Assembly: GCA_016928395.1 (NCBI GenBank)
Contig: JAFGKV010000276.1
Location: 1 to 42,712 of the forward strand
DNA length: 42,712 nucleotides
Direction: 5' to 3'
Origin: Candidatus Fermentibacterota bacterium
Lineage (GTDB): Bacteria; JAFGKV01
Made by a program: the position numbers and the translations under genes. This document shows positions 1 to 9,447 of this stretch, piece after piece. Position 1 is the first letter of the stretch; each line of letters opens with the position of its first letter. The notes under the pieces were generated by a model. It was not told where the DNA came from. It did no database searches and was given only the letters and a program-made list of their open reading frames with translations.

Positions 1-220
1 GGGCAATCCAGGCCCGAGCATCTGAACCTATGCCTGGATCACCCGGTCACGCCGGGTGATGACATTCGTGCTCCTCACCACACCCGCCCGTTCCATGCCC
101 TGGGTGGGAACGCCGCTCCACCCCTTGGCGGTGAGGGTGAACGCCGACTCCGTCCCCTGGCGCTGGATGCTCGTGCCGCGGCGGGAAGTTACAGCTTAGT
201 GGGGGCCCCGGGCATTGCCC
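1..220 (-). ncRNA. Putative ~220-nt rod-like structured RNA, possibly 6S RNA
   Basis: Ends pair (GGGCAAT 1-7 / ATTGCCC 214-220, extended by GGCCC/GGGCC). Nested stems: CGAGCATC/GATGCTCG, CCTCACC/GGTGAGG, CGTTCC/GGAACG. Side hairpin ATCACCCGG/CCGGGTGAT at 38-60. G-U pairs favour the minus strand. No convincing CDS. Confidence 0.35.
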
Positions 221-293
221 TGCTCATTACATAGGGAAACTTCTCAGGTTGATGCGTGAAGTTACAGGTTAGTTGCTGGCACTGCCGGGCGTG

Positions 294-325
294 TCCCTTT
301 GGCAAAGGGAGGTTGGGAGGGGCTT
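294..325. repeat. REP-like short palindrome (TCCCTTT-GGC-AAAGGGA followed by a G-rich arm)
   Basis: Inverted repeat seen directly; resembles the CCCTT..AAGGG-GG-rich intergenic repeat class. Confidence 0.4.
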
Positions 326-358
326 AGCTCGCTTCGCTCGCAGGTGCCAGTCTTGCCT

Positions 359-386
359 TCCGCACTCCGCATTCCGAGTTCCGCAC
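359..386. repeat. Heptamer tandem repeat (TCCGCAC-like x4)
   Basis: tccgcac tccgcat tccgagt tccgcac. Confidence 0.7.
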
Positions 387-498
387 TCGTGCCTCCCCCT
401 CCATGTTCCTCACGGTGAGTGTAGTCCTTCGATGTCGCAACGCCGCTCCGCGTTGGATGCGGGGTTCCTACATTGCGCGTGCACGGAACCATTGCCCT

Positions 499-553
499 GT
501 AGGGGCGGAGCTTTGACTTCGTCCGCAGGCAGGGTCAGAGCCCTGCCCCATGC
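499..553. repeat. GTAG-type REP/REPIN-like inverted repeat
   Basis: GTAGGGGCGGAGCTTTGAC ... GTCAGAGCCCTGCCCCATGC is an imperfect inverted pair starting with the GTAG tetranucleotide typical of RAYT-associated REPs. Confidence 0.5.
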
Positions 554-556
554 GTC

Positions 557-590
557 CCGGAGACTATTCTAATATTAGAATAGTCTCCGG
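557..590. repeat. Perfect 34-bp loopless palindrome
   Basis: CCGGAGACTATTCTAATATTAGAATAGTCTCCGG equals its own reverse complement. Confidence 0.95.
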
Positions 591-600
591 AGGTCTCTCG

Positions 601-1599
601 TCAGTACGCCGTGGTTCGGGTGCGATGGCGGGGGATCGCCTTGTAGGCCGGGCCTTGGCCACGGGTCCAGAGTAGATAGTCCAGCACATGCGCGCTGGCG
701 TGCCTGCCCAGCCGTGCACTCTCCTCGACTAGCAGCTCTACCGCATGCACCGCGCATGCCCGGATCTCCACTTCCTCGGCAGATCCTGCCGGGATGAGCT
801 CACCGGCGTTGATCCTCTTCAGGAGCGACTCGTCATACCGCAGCACGCCGTCCACCCAAAGCACATGGGGCACCAGGTTGTCGGCAAAGATGGTGAGGCG
901 ATCCAGGTCGGTGAACAACCCATACCCTTGCCCATCCAGCGCCAAAGCCAAGTCGGCCGCCATGAGCTGGGCGCGTTTGAAGAAGGGAACCTGCCTCGTG
1001 CCATAAACCGAAACATCCCGAAACAGCGGCATCTGGGCCAGCACATGCACCAGCCGGTTTGCACTCCGATCTGCCGCGGCCACCAAAGCGGTGAACTCCC
1101 CGTCGTACCGCGATGCCAGCAGCGCGCCGAGGTCGCGCAATGCCCGGGCAAACAGGGCCATGAGTTCCGCCACGGCCGGGGGAGCATTCCGCTGGCCGAA
1201 CACCTCGGCGCACACCTCGGCATCCAGCCCTGCTAGCTCCTTCGCACTCCACGGGCCATGGGTCGCGAAGCGATCCGTCAGCGACGATGCAACGGTGAAG
1301 TAGCCCGACATGCCGGGCCGCTTGCGCAGCAGGGGGAAGTAGCCAGAGCCGAAGTTGATGGTGTCCAAAGTCACGAAGAAGGCGACCGTGTCGTCCCCGT
1401 GTCCGAGGTAGTGGGTCGCGGGATCGATGGAGGGATGTAGATCTGGCCGCGAGGCCAGGTCGCGGGCACAGGAGACGAGCCGTTCATGACGGATGGCGAC
1501 CCATTGCGCACGCTCGGCCACCGCGGCGCATTGGGTGCGCACGGCGTCCAGGAGATCCGGGGAATGGCTCGGATCCAGATCATGCGGGGTATGACTCAT
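601..1599 (-). CDS. qng1: Queuosine salvage protein / queuosine-5'-phosphate N-glycosylase (DUF2419, Qng1-like)
   Basis: Motifs DTINFGSG, FFKRAQL, LTIFADNLVPHVL, EEVEIRA, LDYLLW and C-terminal HRTRTTAY. Start placed at MSHTPH (ORF extends to 1704). Confidence 0.85.
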   Translation of the reverse strand: MSHTPHDLDPSHSPDLLDAVRTQCAAVAERAQWVAIRHERLVSCARDLASRPDLHPSIDPATHYLGHGDDTVAFFVTLDTINFGSGYFPLLRKRPGMSGYFTVASSLTDRFATHGPWSAKELAGLDAEVCAEVFGQRNAPPAVAELMALFARALRDLGALLASRYDGEFTALVAAADRSANRLVHVLAQMPLFRDVSVYGTRQVPFFKRAQLMAADLALALDGQGYGLFTDLDRLTIFADNLVPHVLWVDGVLRYDESLLKRINAGELIPAGSAEEVEIRACAVHAVELLVEESARLGRHASAHVLDYLLWTRGQGPAYKAIPRHRTRTTAY

Positions 1600-1775
1600 G
1601 AGACGGATGGCTCCATGGTGCGGGTTTGAGGCGCGGTTTGTGCTGTGCGGATCTCCGCGACCGGTCACGGGTGCGTCGAGCGGCATGTCTGTGCACCGGG
1701 ACAATATGCCCCCTATGTTCGTCGCTGAAAGCCGGAACGGGTCGGCCCCGGGTGCGTTCCATTCGCTGCATCCGT

Positions 1776-2819
1776 TCAGGAATGAGCCTGGCCCGGCAGT
1801 CTGCCTTGGCGTTTGGCCAGCCGAGACTCGCGGAGCCGCATCCGCTGCGCGGTGCGGCGTGCCTCACGCTGCAGCTTGTGATAGCTCGCGAGTCGACTGG
1901 GATGGATCTCTCCGGCCTCCACCGCGCGCTTCACGGCGCAGCCGGGCTCATGATCGTGGCGGCAGTCCGCGAACCGGCACCCATCCGCCAGGCGGGCGAC
2001 GTCATCAAAGGCGGCGTCCACGCCCTCATCATCGGCCATGAGCTGGAGTTCACGCAGGCCGGGGGTATCGATGAGGAGCGCCCCATCGGGAAGTACGATG
2101 AGATCGCGGGAGGTTGTGGTATGGCGCCCCCTGCTGTCGTCCTGGCGTACTTCAGCGACTGCCTGCATGTCAGTGCCCGCCAGGCGGTTCACCAGCGATG
2201 ACTTGCCCACGCCCGATGAGCCCAGGAGCACCACCGTGATCCCTGGCGACAGGTAGGCAGCCAGGGAGTCGAGCCCCGAGCCGTCACGAGCGCTGACCGG
2301 CACGACCGCAACTCCAGGGGCGGCATCCGACGCCCGGTGGACGGCAGCTTCGACATCGAGGCAGACATCGGTCTTGTTGAGGACGAGCACCGGGGTCGCC
2401 CCGCTGTCCCACGCGGTCACGGCGTAGCGCTCGATTCGGCGGGGATTGAACTCGTGATCAAGGCCGGTCACTATAAAGGCGGTATCAACATTGGCTGCCA
2501 ATGCCTGTTCTTCGGCCACGCGGCCGGCGGCTTTGCGGGAGAAGACGGTAACGCGGGAAAGTACGGCATGGATGGCTGCGGTGTCGCCCCCATCCACCGA
2601 GGCGGCGACCCAGTCGCCGACCACGGGGAAATCCGCGACCGAGTTCGTCGCGAACCTGAACCTGCCGGTTACCTCACCAGAGGCGGCTCCGAACTCCCCG
2701 AACACAAGGTAGCGGTTTCGCTCCTGCCCTGCGATGCGGCCGGGGTAAAACCCCTGGTCGCGATATGGGGCGAAGCATGACCCGAAATGGTCATTCCAAC
2801 CCAAAGACGAAAGCTGCAC
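1776..2819 (-). CDS. rsgA: Ribosome small subunit-dependent GTPase A
   Basis: Circularly permuted GTPase: NKTD, GSSGVGKS, GRHTT, DTPG, plus Zn motif CRFADCRHDHEPGC. GTG start at 2819 with GGAGG SD. Confidence 0.93.
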   Translation of the reverse strand: MQLSSLGWNDHFGSCFAPYRDQGFYPGRIAGQERNRYLVFGEFGAASGEVTGRFRFATNSVADFPVVGDWVAASVDGGDTAAIHAVLSRVTVFSRKAAGRVAEEQALAANVDTAFIVTGLDHEFNPRRIERYAVTAWDSGATPVLVLNKTDVCLDVEAAVHRASDAAPGVAVVPVSARDGSGLDSLAAYLSPGITVVLLGSSGVGKSSLVNRLAGTDMQAVAEVRQDDSRGRHTTTSRDLIVLPDGALLIDTPGLRELQLMADDEGVDAAFDDVARLADGCRFADCRHDHEPGCAVKRAVEAGEIHPSRLASYHKLQREARRTAQRMRLRESRLAKRQGRLPGQAHS

Positions 2820-2893
2820 TGTAGGATTCCTCCGAAAGAGCACACGATGCTATGGCTCTCCGGACGGAATGATCGACGGGAAATCTGAAGCGG

Positions 2894-2947
2894 TTATGCC
2901 GGAGAGCCGGTGGATGTGGCGGCGGTGCAGGTCGTGGTGGCAATCAT
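2894..2947 (-). CDS. Putative leader peptide (uORF) MIATTTCTAATSTGSPA upstream of rsgA
   Basis: AGGAGG SD 7 nt before ATG, 17 codons, TAA stop. Overlaps one arm of a 10-bp inverted repeat (2854-2863 / 2899-2908). Confidence 0.55.
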   Translation of the reverse strand: MIATTTCTAATSTGSPA

Positions 2948-3101
2948 GGCGCAGCCTCCTTTCATCCTCCGGACACTCGGATGGACAGTGGGGACCGACG
3001 GCGCAGCGAGGACATCTCGCTGCCGGAGCCGTCTAACACTGAGATTTCGCGAATGCCTCGGATCTCACGGATGCCGTTCTGCGGGGACTCTGCACTGCGA
3101 G

Positions 3102-3418
3102 TGAGGAGTTAGGAGTTGTTTTGCCTCCGGCGGAACGAGACAGCCTGGGATCCGTGTGAGAGACACGGGAAGGAGGTTGTCATGAGCGACCGAGTGCGAC
3201 GACATCACAGTGCGGAACGGAAGGCAGCGTTGCTCCGGCGGCATGTGGTGGAGAAGGTACCCGTCTCGCAGGTATGCGAGGAGGGGCAGGTGAAGCCGAG
3301 CATATTCTACCGGTGGCAACGGGACCTGCTGGAAGGAGCAGCGACCGTGTTCTCGGCGCGACGGACCGGCCGTCCTGCCGCTCACCTCTTCACCTCTTCA
3401 CCGGTGAGCGAACTCTAG
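3102..3418 (+). mobile_element. Truncated IS3-family element: left end plus OrfA (HTH) fragment
   Basis: TG-starting IR-like segment ending ...GAGACA. ATG 3182 with SD encodes RRHHSAERKAALLRRHVVEKVPVSQVCEEGQVKPSIFYRWQRDLLEG (HTH_Tnp_1-like). No OrfB follows. Confidence 0.75.
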
Positions 3419-3872
3419 GCCTGCGTGCGCGTGCGCGGAGGCCTTGTCGCTCAGCAACTTGACAGTTTGCCAACGTCCGTGCGCCGGTGTCCCATCGCGG
3501 CAACCTCCTTCTATCACAACGCACCAGACAGATCTAGTTAGCCCGTTGCAGGGTCTAGGTGCCTTGCTGTGGTGAGTTTGGCGACTCGCGTCGTACGAGC
3601 ATGACGATCGCTTCACGTCGGAAGCAGAAGAGTCTTGTCGTGCAGCGTGTTCGACTATGGACGCTCTCTGATCGCGGGTGAGTATTCTCATCGTGGTTTT
3701 CGATTTCGATCTCATGTGCCTCTATCAAGCTCTTAGCCTCCACGCCGAAGGAGCACAGAGCATTGGTGATCACACCCGCTCGACGGAACGCTGTCGAAGC
3801 ACGACACTGCCAACTGGCACGCCATATGATCACTACCTCGTGGGAGGGGCTTGCGGGCATGGCATTACTGCA

Positions 3873-4250
3873 TCATTCGGGGAGCAGGCCATCGGGCACC
3901 GCGTGGGCGAGGATGAGGACCCCCTTCATCTCCGACAGTCGATGACAGAGTGATCCATCGCTGCCGATCCTCGCCCAAAGCCGCGCTGCTCCCGCCGCCA
4001 AGCTAGACGCGTAGCGGCCAACTCTCGCCGCTGCCCCGCTCAGCCGAATCTCAGGGTGTTCCTGCACTACCAGCACCAGCACTGACCGTGCCTCGCTCCG
4101 CTGCCAGTTCTTGCCTCCGGCCGCCAGTTCTTCTTCGCGCAGGCCCTTACCCTGGCATACCCCTCGCGATGATCTCGATCAGCGCATCCCTCTTGCCCTT
4201 CACGGGGCGGCTGCCTCCTGTACCCGCGCCGCGAACGCATCCCTTGCGTT
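3873..4250 (-). pseudogene. Frameshifted C-terminal fragment of a REP-associated tyrosine transposase (RAYT, DnaA-C-like HTH)
   Basis: Joining three frames gives RDAFAARVQEAA..DALIEIIAR/VCQGKGLREEELAAGGKNWQRSEARSVLVLVVQEHPEIRLSGAAARVGR..SSL..AARL, which resembles RAYT C-termini. No HUH domain is visible. Confidence 0.5.
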
Positions 4251-4678
4251 CAAGCGACGGCAGAAAGTGAGAGCGGCATGCTCACGCCGCGAGCGACTGG
4301 TGTTCATAGAGGACATGTCGAAAGGAGGACTGATCCTGTGTGAAGCAGCCGACGAACGTTCAGGACAGGAGCACGATGGGTGCCTGAGAGGGGAGTGGTT
4401 CGGTACGAGAGGATTGTAGAGTAAGGATTTGAACCCCAGGCCGCTCCCCCAACTCGGTCCCCCTCTCGACACCCGAAATCGAGCTGATCTGCGCGGGCCC
4501 TTGAAGGCGCGGCAACGACTACCCTGTGAGGCGTGCGGCTTTTCTCTTTCGTCATGTCGCGTTCGACACTATCGTCTTGCGGCCTGTGCATACTGGTGCA
4601 TACCCGGGTCGTGAGGTCTCTCTTCCGAGTCGTATGGCCCAGAACCCGGAAGACTTGAACGCAATCCGGAGGAATCCA

Positions 4679-5104
4679 TTGCAGAGAATCGAGTGGACAC
4701 CGAGCCTTTCCGTCGGCGTTGACCTGATCGATGAGCAGCACAAGGCGTTGATCACCCGCATTCGTGATCTCTCCGAAGCGGTGCAGGAGTTCCAGGGCGT
4801 CGATCAGGTGACCACAACCCTGAGTTTCCTGATCGACTACACGGACTACCACTTCGGCACTGAAGAGAAGCACATGCTGGGCCACAACTATCCAGGGTTG
4901 GCGCATCACATGGAGAAGCACGAGGAGTCTCGCACTACCCTAACCAACCTCGAGGGGGACTTTCAGGACGAAGGGTCATCCCAGGCTCTGGCTGAGTCTA
5001 TCCATGCTTTTCTGTTCGAATGGTTGGTGACGCACATTCAGGGTATCGACCAGGGATTCGGCACTTTCCTCGCACAGCAGGGCATCACCCTCCCCATGGA
5101 GTGA
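4679..5104 (+). CDS. Bacteriohemerythrin (single domain)
   Basis: WTPSLSVGVDLIDEQH, HFGTEE, HHMEKH, WLVTHIQGID: di-iron ligands present. TTG start after GGAGG. Confidence 0.92.
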   Translation: MQRIEWTPSLSVGVDLIDEQHKALITRIRDLSEAVQEFQGVDQVTTTLSFLIDYTDYHFGTEEKHMLGHNYPGLAHHMEKHEESRTTLTNLEGDFQDEGSSQALAESIHAFLFEWLVTHIQGIDQGFGTFLAQQGITLPME

Positions 5105-5248
5105 AGCCCGACCAGTCAGACCGGGCAATGAATGCACCCCGTGCAGTCGCGCGTGTGCATCGGGTGCGAGACATGATCCTCCACGCTGGTGCTCAGCGAC
5201 TGATGACATAGAAGTGAGTTCACCTCCGTGCCGTTCGGGAGGAAGGCC

Positions 5249-8200
5249 ATGGACCGGCTTATTCCGGGGTTCATCACAGAACGTTACCAGAGAGGCGAAG
5301 CGCAAGGTGGCTTCGAGGGTTCCGGGCTGTTTGTCGACATTGCAGGATTCTCCCGACTGACTGACGTCGCCTTTACGCTGGGGGAGGTTGGAGCCGAGCT
5401 CATCGGCCGGGAAATTCCGCGACTTTTCGAGACTCCCGTGCGACTGGTGATCGAGAACGGGGGCATCATCACACACTTCGCGGGAGATGCGTTTCTCGCG
5501 CTCTTCCCGGACGATGGCGGCGGAATCGCCCGGCGTATCGGCCTGGCAATCATAGCCCACTTCGACCGGCACGGCCGGAGTGAGACCCCGCACGGGACCT
5601 TCGACTTCGCGGTGAAGTGTGGAGTGGATGTGGGCAGGGTAGCGTGGGGTATCGTGCAAAGCACACGCCATGCCACGTGGTACTTCCAGGGCGGGCCGGT
5701 GGCAGGAGCCACGGCATTGGAGCGACTCGCCGGCCGGGGGGAGATGATTTGCTCCGACGTGGCGCGGCGTGGGGAGGTGGTCGGGGAAGGCATTCATCCA
5801 ATGGCGCCCCCGAACGATGTCGAGACGCTGTCGGCATTCTTCGACGAGGCGATCCTGGAGCGGGGAACGCTCCGTGAGATCCGGAGGGTCGTCGCGGCAT
5901 TTCTGTCGTTTGTGCGACTGGACGACGAAGGAACCCCTATGTCCATCGAAGATCATCACACCTTGGCCGCACTATTCAAGGCGGTAGACGAGCATCTTCC
6001 CTCCGGCGGCAGGGCCTTCGGCCGGCTGCTGATTGATGACAAGGGACTCAATGTGTTGGCCTATTTCGGGGCCCCCACGGCTTTGGAACACCCGGAGGAA
6101 TCGGCACTGCGTTTCCTGTTCGAGCTCCGGGGGCGGCTGAGTGAAGCCCGGCCCGATGTTCGCCTGCGGGCTGGAGTGGATCGTGGGCTAGTGTATGCCG
6201 GGCTGACCGGTGGGACCCTCCGGCATGAGAGGGCTTTCCTGGGGGATTGCGTCAACGTCTCATCACGGATCATGACCGGCGCTCCGTGGGGCGCGATCCA
6301 CGCCTCGACGCGGGTGGTCGAAGCGGTAGGGGAGGGCTGGGCGTTCACCGAACTGCCTGCGGTGGTCTTCAAAGGCAAGAGTGTTCCTGAGCCCGTGTTT
6401 CAGTTGGAGGGCCCGAGAGAAGGGCCAGGGATTCACACCTACCTGCGGCCGATGATTGGGCGAGAGCGTGAGCTTGCCTGCCTCCACCGGCTGTTGGCCC
6501 CGGCGCTGCGAGGAGAGTTCGCAGGGATGGCGTGTGTATACGGCGAAGCCGGGATGGGGAAGACGCGGCTGGTGGCGGAGTTTCGCAGACAGGTGGAGGA
6601 ATCGGGGAGTCACATGGCGTGGGTGGAGCTGCCGTGTGGAGAGGATGATTTGGGGTTGCAGCCGGTTCGGGCGTGGCTGCACGAGTTTTACGGGGTGACG
6701 CCGTTTACGTCGAATCAGGACAAGCGTACGCACATTGCTGCGAGATGTGCAGCCTTGTCAGCAACGCCGGGGGTATCCGAGGAGACCAGCAGGGAACTGA
6801 AGCGCGTGGAGTCGTTCGTGGCAGCTCTGATAGAATGTCACTGGGAGGGTTCGCTGTTTGAGAAGGTCGAGGATCCCAAGCTTCGGTACGACAATCAACT
6901 GTGGGGGCTCCGGCAGATGATCGTTGCACTGAGTGCCAGTGGTCCTGTGGTGGTGCATGTGGAGGATGCGCACTGGTTGGAGTCCGCGACTGCTGAATGG
7001 CTGGGCATCATGACCCGTGCCACCCAGAACCTGCCGCTGTTCATACTCCTGACTTCCCGCTCCGCAGAGGACGGCACCAAGCCTCAACTCGCAGCGGGAA
7101 TGCAGGCACCAGTGATTGAACTGGACCTCGATCGATTGGACGAAAGGCTCGTGCGGTGTATGGTGCGGATGCTATTGGGTGGCTCCACGGACGATCCGCT
7201 GGTGGCCCTCCTGTTGGAACGCGCGGAGGGAAATCCCTTCTTCGTCGAGCAACTGGTGCTGCATCTGTACGAGAGTGAGTATTTGACCCGGTCCGAGATG
7301 GACGGCCGCTGGGGCCTCTCTAGTCCGGCGGTGGCGGATGAACCCGGCCGTCTACCCGGGACTCTGGAAGCGGTGCTCCTGGCGCGATTCGATCGCCTTG
7401 AGGCCTCACTACGGGAAGGCTTGAAGCACGCAGCGACTCTGGGACCGCGGTTCCTGCATCGCGTGCTGGAGGAGTTGCTGGGGCGGAGCCGGGAGTTTGG
7501 CGCGGAGCCCCTGATGGTCATTCCCCAGGCTGAAGAGCATGCGATGATCCTGCCTGAACGCACGCATCCGTTCGATGCCGAACAGGCCTACCTGTTCAGG
7601 CACGCATTGATGCAGAGAGCGGCATATCATCTGCAGCCGCCTGGTATGCGTGAGTATCTGCATGGTCTGGCCGCAGACGTGGTGGAGGAGTTGTTCCCCA
7701 AACGCGAGGATATGCTGGTAATTCTCGCGGAGCACCTGGGCAAGGCGGGAAGGCGTGAGCGGGAGGCTGAGGTACTGGAGCACGCCGCCGCGGTTGCCAA
7801 GCGGGGCTACCGAAACGCTGAGGCCATTGCGCTGTATGAGCGACTTCGGGACCGATTGAAGCGGCTCGGCGCGGAGGAGTCCGAGCGCATGGTCCGTGCG
7901 CTCTACAGCCTGGCGGCGGTGAAATGGTTGGTGGGTGACTGGAGGCAGGCCCATGACGTGACACAGATAGGCTGCGCAATCGCCGAACGACTTGGCACTG
8001 ATGACCTGGTAGTCGATGGGTGGGTTCTCGCTGCAGAGCAACTGAGAAACCTCGGGGAACCCACGTGCGCTCAGGAGAGAGCGCACGCGGCGCGGGACCG
8101 TGCGACCCGGTGCGACTACCTGTTGGGCATTGCGCGTGCATTGGGGGTTCTCGGCCGGCTGTACTGGAACCAGGGTGAATATCAGCGCGCTCTCGAAGCG

Positions 8201-9268
8201 ATTCAAGGACAACTCTGCCGTGCGGACGAAGCCGGAAACGAGGCTGAGGCGCTCAATGCCAAGGGCACTCTGGGCATCGTGCTGTGGGCTCAGGGTCATC
8301 ACCCGCAGGCGCTGGAGTGTTTCAGGGATTGGCAGAAGAGGGCGGAGAGGGTAGGGGATCGACGCGGTGTCGGCAGAGCCATCGGCAATCAGGGGTTGGT
8401 GTACTGGGACTTTGGTGACTATGACCGGGCCCTGGAGTGCTACAAGGAGCAGACTCGGCAGGGAACAGAGGTGGGGGATTGGGAGAGCGTGACGCTCGGC
8501 AGTGGCAACAGCGGCAATGTGTACTGCGAGCAGGGAGAGTATGCCCGGGCGCTGGAGTGCTTCCAGGAGTGGCAGTGCCGGGCAGAAATCTTGGGAGACC
8601 GGCTGGGGGTGAGCAATGCCATCGGCAATCAAGGGAACGTATGCCTGCACGTGGGAAGGTATCGGCAGGCGCTTCAGCACAGTGAGGAATTTGTCGATCG
8701 CGCCAGGGCGCTCGGTGACCGGTTTGGCATTGCATTCGGTCTTGGGCAACAAGGGTATGCCCACCTCTTTCTCGGGGATACGACCCAAGCCTTGAAGTGC
8801 TTCCGGAAGGCGTTGACCGAAACGGAGGAATCGGGTGACAGCAAGAACGCCGCACCCGCGCTTCTCGGCATGAGCATGGCTCACCAGCATCGGAACGAAT
8901 ACGAGCAGGCGCTCGCCTGCAGTCAGAAGAGCCTCGCTATTGCCAGTGAGGAAGGCTCGCCGAACCGCATTTCAGGGGCCCGCGCACAAGCCGCAGCAGT
9001 GCTCCTTGCTATGGGGAGAACGGCCGAAGCCGCGGCCGAGGCTGGCCAGGCCCTTGAGATTGCGCGGGGCCTTCATACGCGCCCCGCCTTGATTGAGCCG
9101 CTAATGGTATTCGCTGAGGTGCAGGCGCGAGAAGGTGACATCCTCCAGGCAACCAACTCGTTGGCCGAGGCCCGTCAGATCGCTGAGGATCTCGGCCTCG
9201 CGCATCGAGTAGCCGAGATCGAACGGGTTTCTGCGCGACTCATGCCGCCTGAGGCGCGGCCCAGCTGA
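5249..9268 (+). CDS. Tandem class III adenylate/guanylate cyclase - STAND ATPase - TPR protein
   Basis: FVDIAGFS..FAGDA and DDKG..FGAP..GDCVNVSSRIM cyclase halves, Walker A GEAGMGKT, Walker B VHVEDAHW, GNPFF, ~40-aa TPR repeats at the C-terminus. Confidence 0.9.
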   Translation: MDRLIPGFITERYQRGEAQGGFEGSGLFVDIAGFSRLTDVAFTLGEVGAELIGREIPRLFETPVRLVIENGGIITHFAGDAFLALFPDDGGGIARRIGLAIIAHFDRHGRSETPHGTFDFAVKCGVDVGRVAWGIVQSTRHATWYFQGGPVAGATALERLAGRGEMICSDVARRGEVVGEGIHPMAPPNDVETLSAFFDEAILERGTLREIRRVVAAFLSFVRLDDEGTPMSIEDHHTLAALFKAVDEHLPSGGRAFGRLLIDDKGLNVLAYFGAPTALEHPEESALRFLFELRGRLSEARPDVRLRAGVDRGLVYAGLTGGTLRHERAFLGDCVNVSSRIMTGAPWGAIHASTRVVEAVGEGWAFTELPAVVFKGKSVPEPVFQLEGPREGPGIHTYLRPMIGRERELACLHRLLAPALRGEFAGMACVYGEAGMGKTRLVAEFRRQVEESGSHMAWVELPCGEDDLGLQPVRAWLHEFYGVTPFTSNQDKRTHIAARCAALSATPGVSEETSRELKRVESFVAALIECHWEGSLFEKVEDPKLRYDNQLWGLRQMIVALSASGPVVVHVEDAHWLESATAEWLGIMTRATQNLPLFILLTSRSAEDGTKPQLAAGMQAPVIELDLDRLDERLVRCMVRMLLGGSTDDPLVALLLERAEGNPFFVEQLVLHLYESEYLTRSEMDGRWGLSSPAVADEPGRLPGTLEAVLLARFDRLEASLREGLKHAATLGPRFLHRVLEELLGRSREFGAEPLMVIPQAEEHAMILPERTHPFDAEQAYLFRHALMQRAAYHLQPPGMREYLHGLAADVVEELFPKREDMLVILAEHLGKAGRREREAEVLEHAAAVAKRGYRNAEAIALYERLRDRLKRLGAEESERMVRALYSLAAVKWLVGDWRQAHDVTQIGCAIAERLGTDDLVVDGWVLAAEQLRNLGEPTCAQERAHAARDRATRCDYLLGIARALGVLGRLYWNQGEYQRALEAIQGQLCRADEAGNEAEALNAKGTLGIVLWAQGHHPQALECFRDWQKRAERVGDRRGVGRAIGNQGLVYWDFGDYDRALECYKEQTRQGTEVGDWESVTLGSGNSGNVYCEQGEYARALECFQEWQCRAEILGDRLGVSNAIGNQGNVCLHVGRYRQALQHSEEFVDRARALGDRFGIAFGLGQQGYAHLFLGDTTQALKCFRKALTETEESGDSKNAAPALLGMSMAHQHRNEYEQALACSQKSLAIASEEGSPNRISGARAQAAAVLLAMGRTAEAAAEAGQALEIARGLHTRPALIEPLMVFAEVQAREGDILQATNSLAEARQIAEDLGLAHRVAEIERVSARLMPPEARPS

Positions 9269-9447
9269 CGACGTCTCTGAGGACTGAAGTCGAGTGGGGC
9301 CACACCGCCGGTCACGCATCCCCTTGTCGTCTCTCCTGCGTCACTGCGGGGCAAAGGATCCGGCCGAGAGATCGCCGTCGAGTACGGATTGTCGAACCCA
9401 GCCGGCTGGTGCCAGGGTTCTGAGGCGCGACGTGCGTGGCTGTTGGC

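Noticed and set aside
180-215. tmRNA-like words (GGGGCC.., ACTAAGC.GTA) on the minus strand
   Set aside because: No T-arm/CCA end or tag reading frame.
3420-3870. Several ~100-aa ORFs after the IS3 stub, possible OrfB
   Set aside because: No DDE/integrase motifs or recognisable domains in any frame.
8300-8660. Repeated DNA words such as GCCATCGGCAATCA 240 nt apart
   Set aside because: Explained by the 40-aa TPR repeats of the STAND protein.
7409-8890. Long antisense ORF (493 aa) and many similar shadow ORFs (e.g. 4976-5959, 26115-27029, 36096-37238, 38063-38938)
   Set aside because: They overlap well-supported genes, lack motifs and are expected at high GC.
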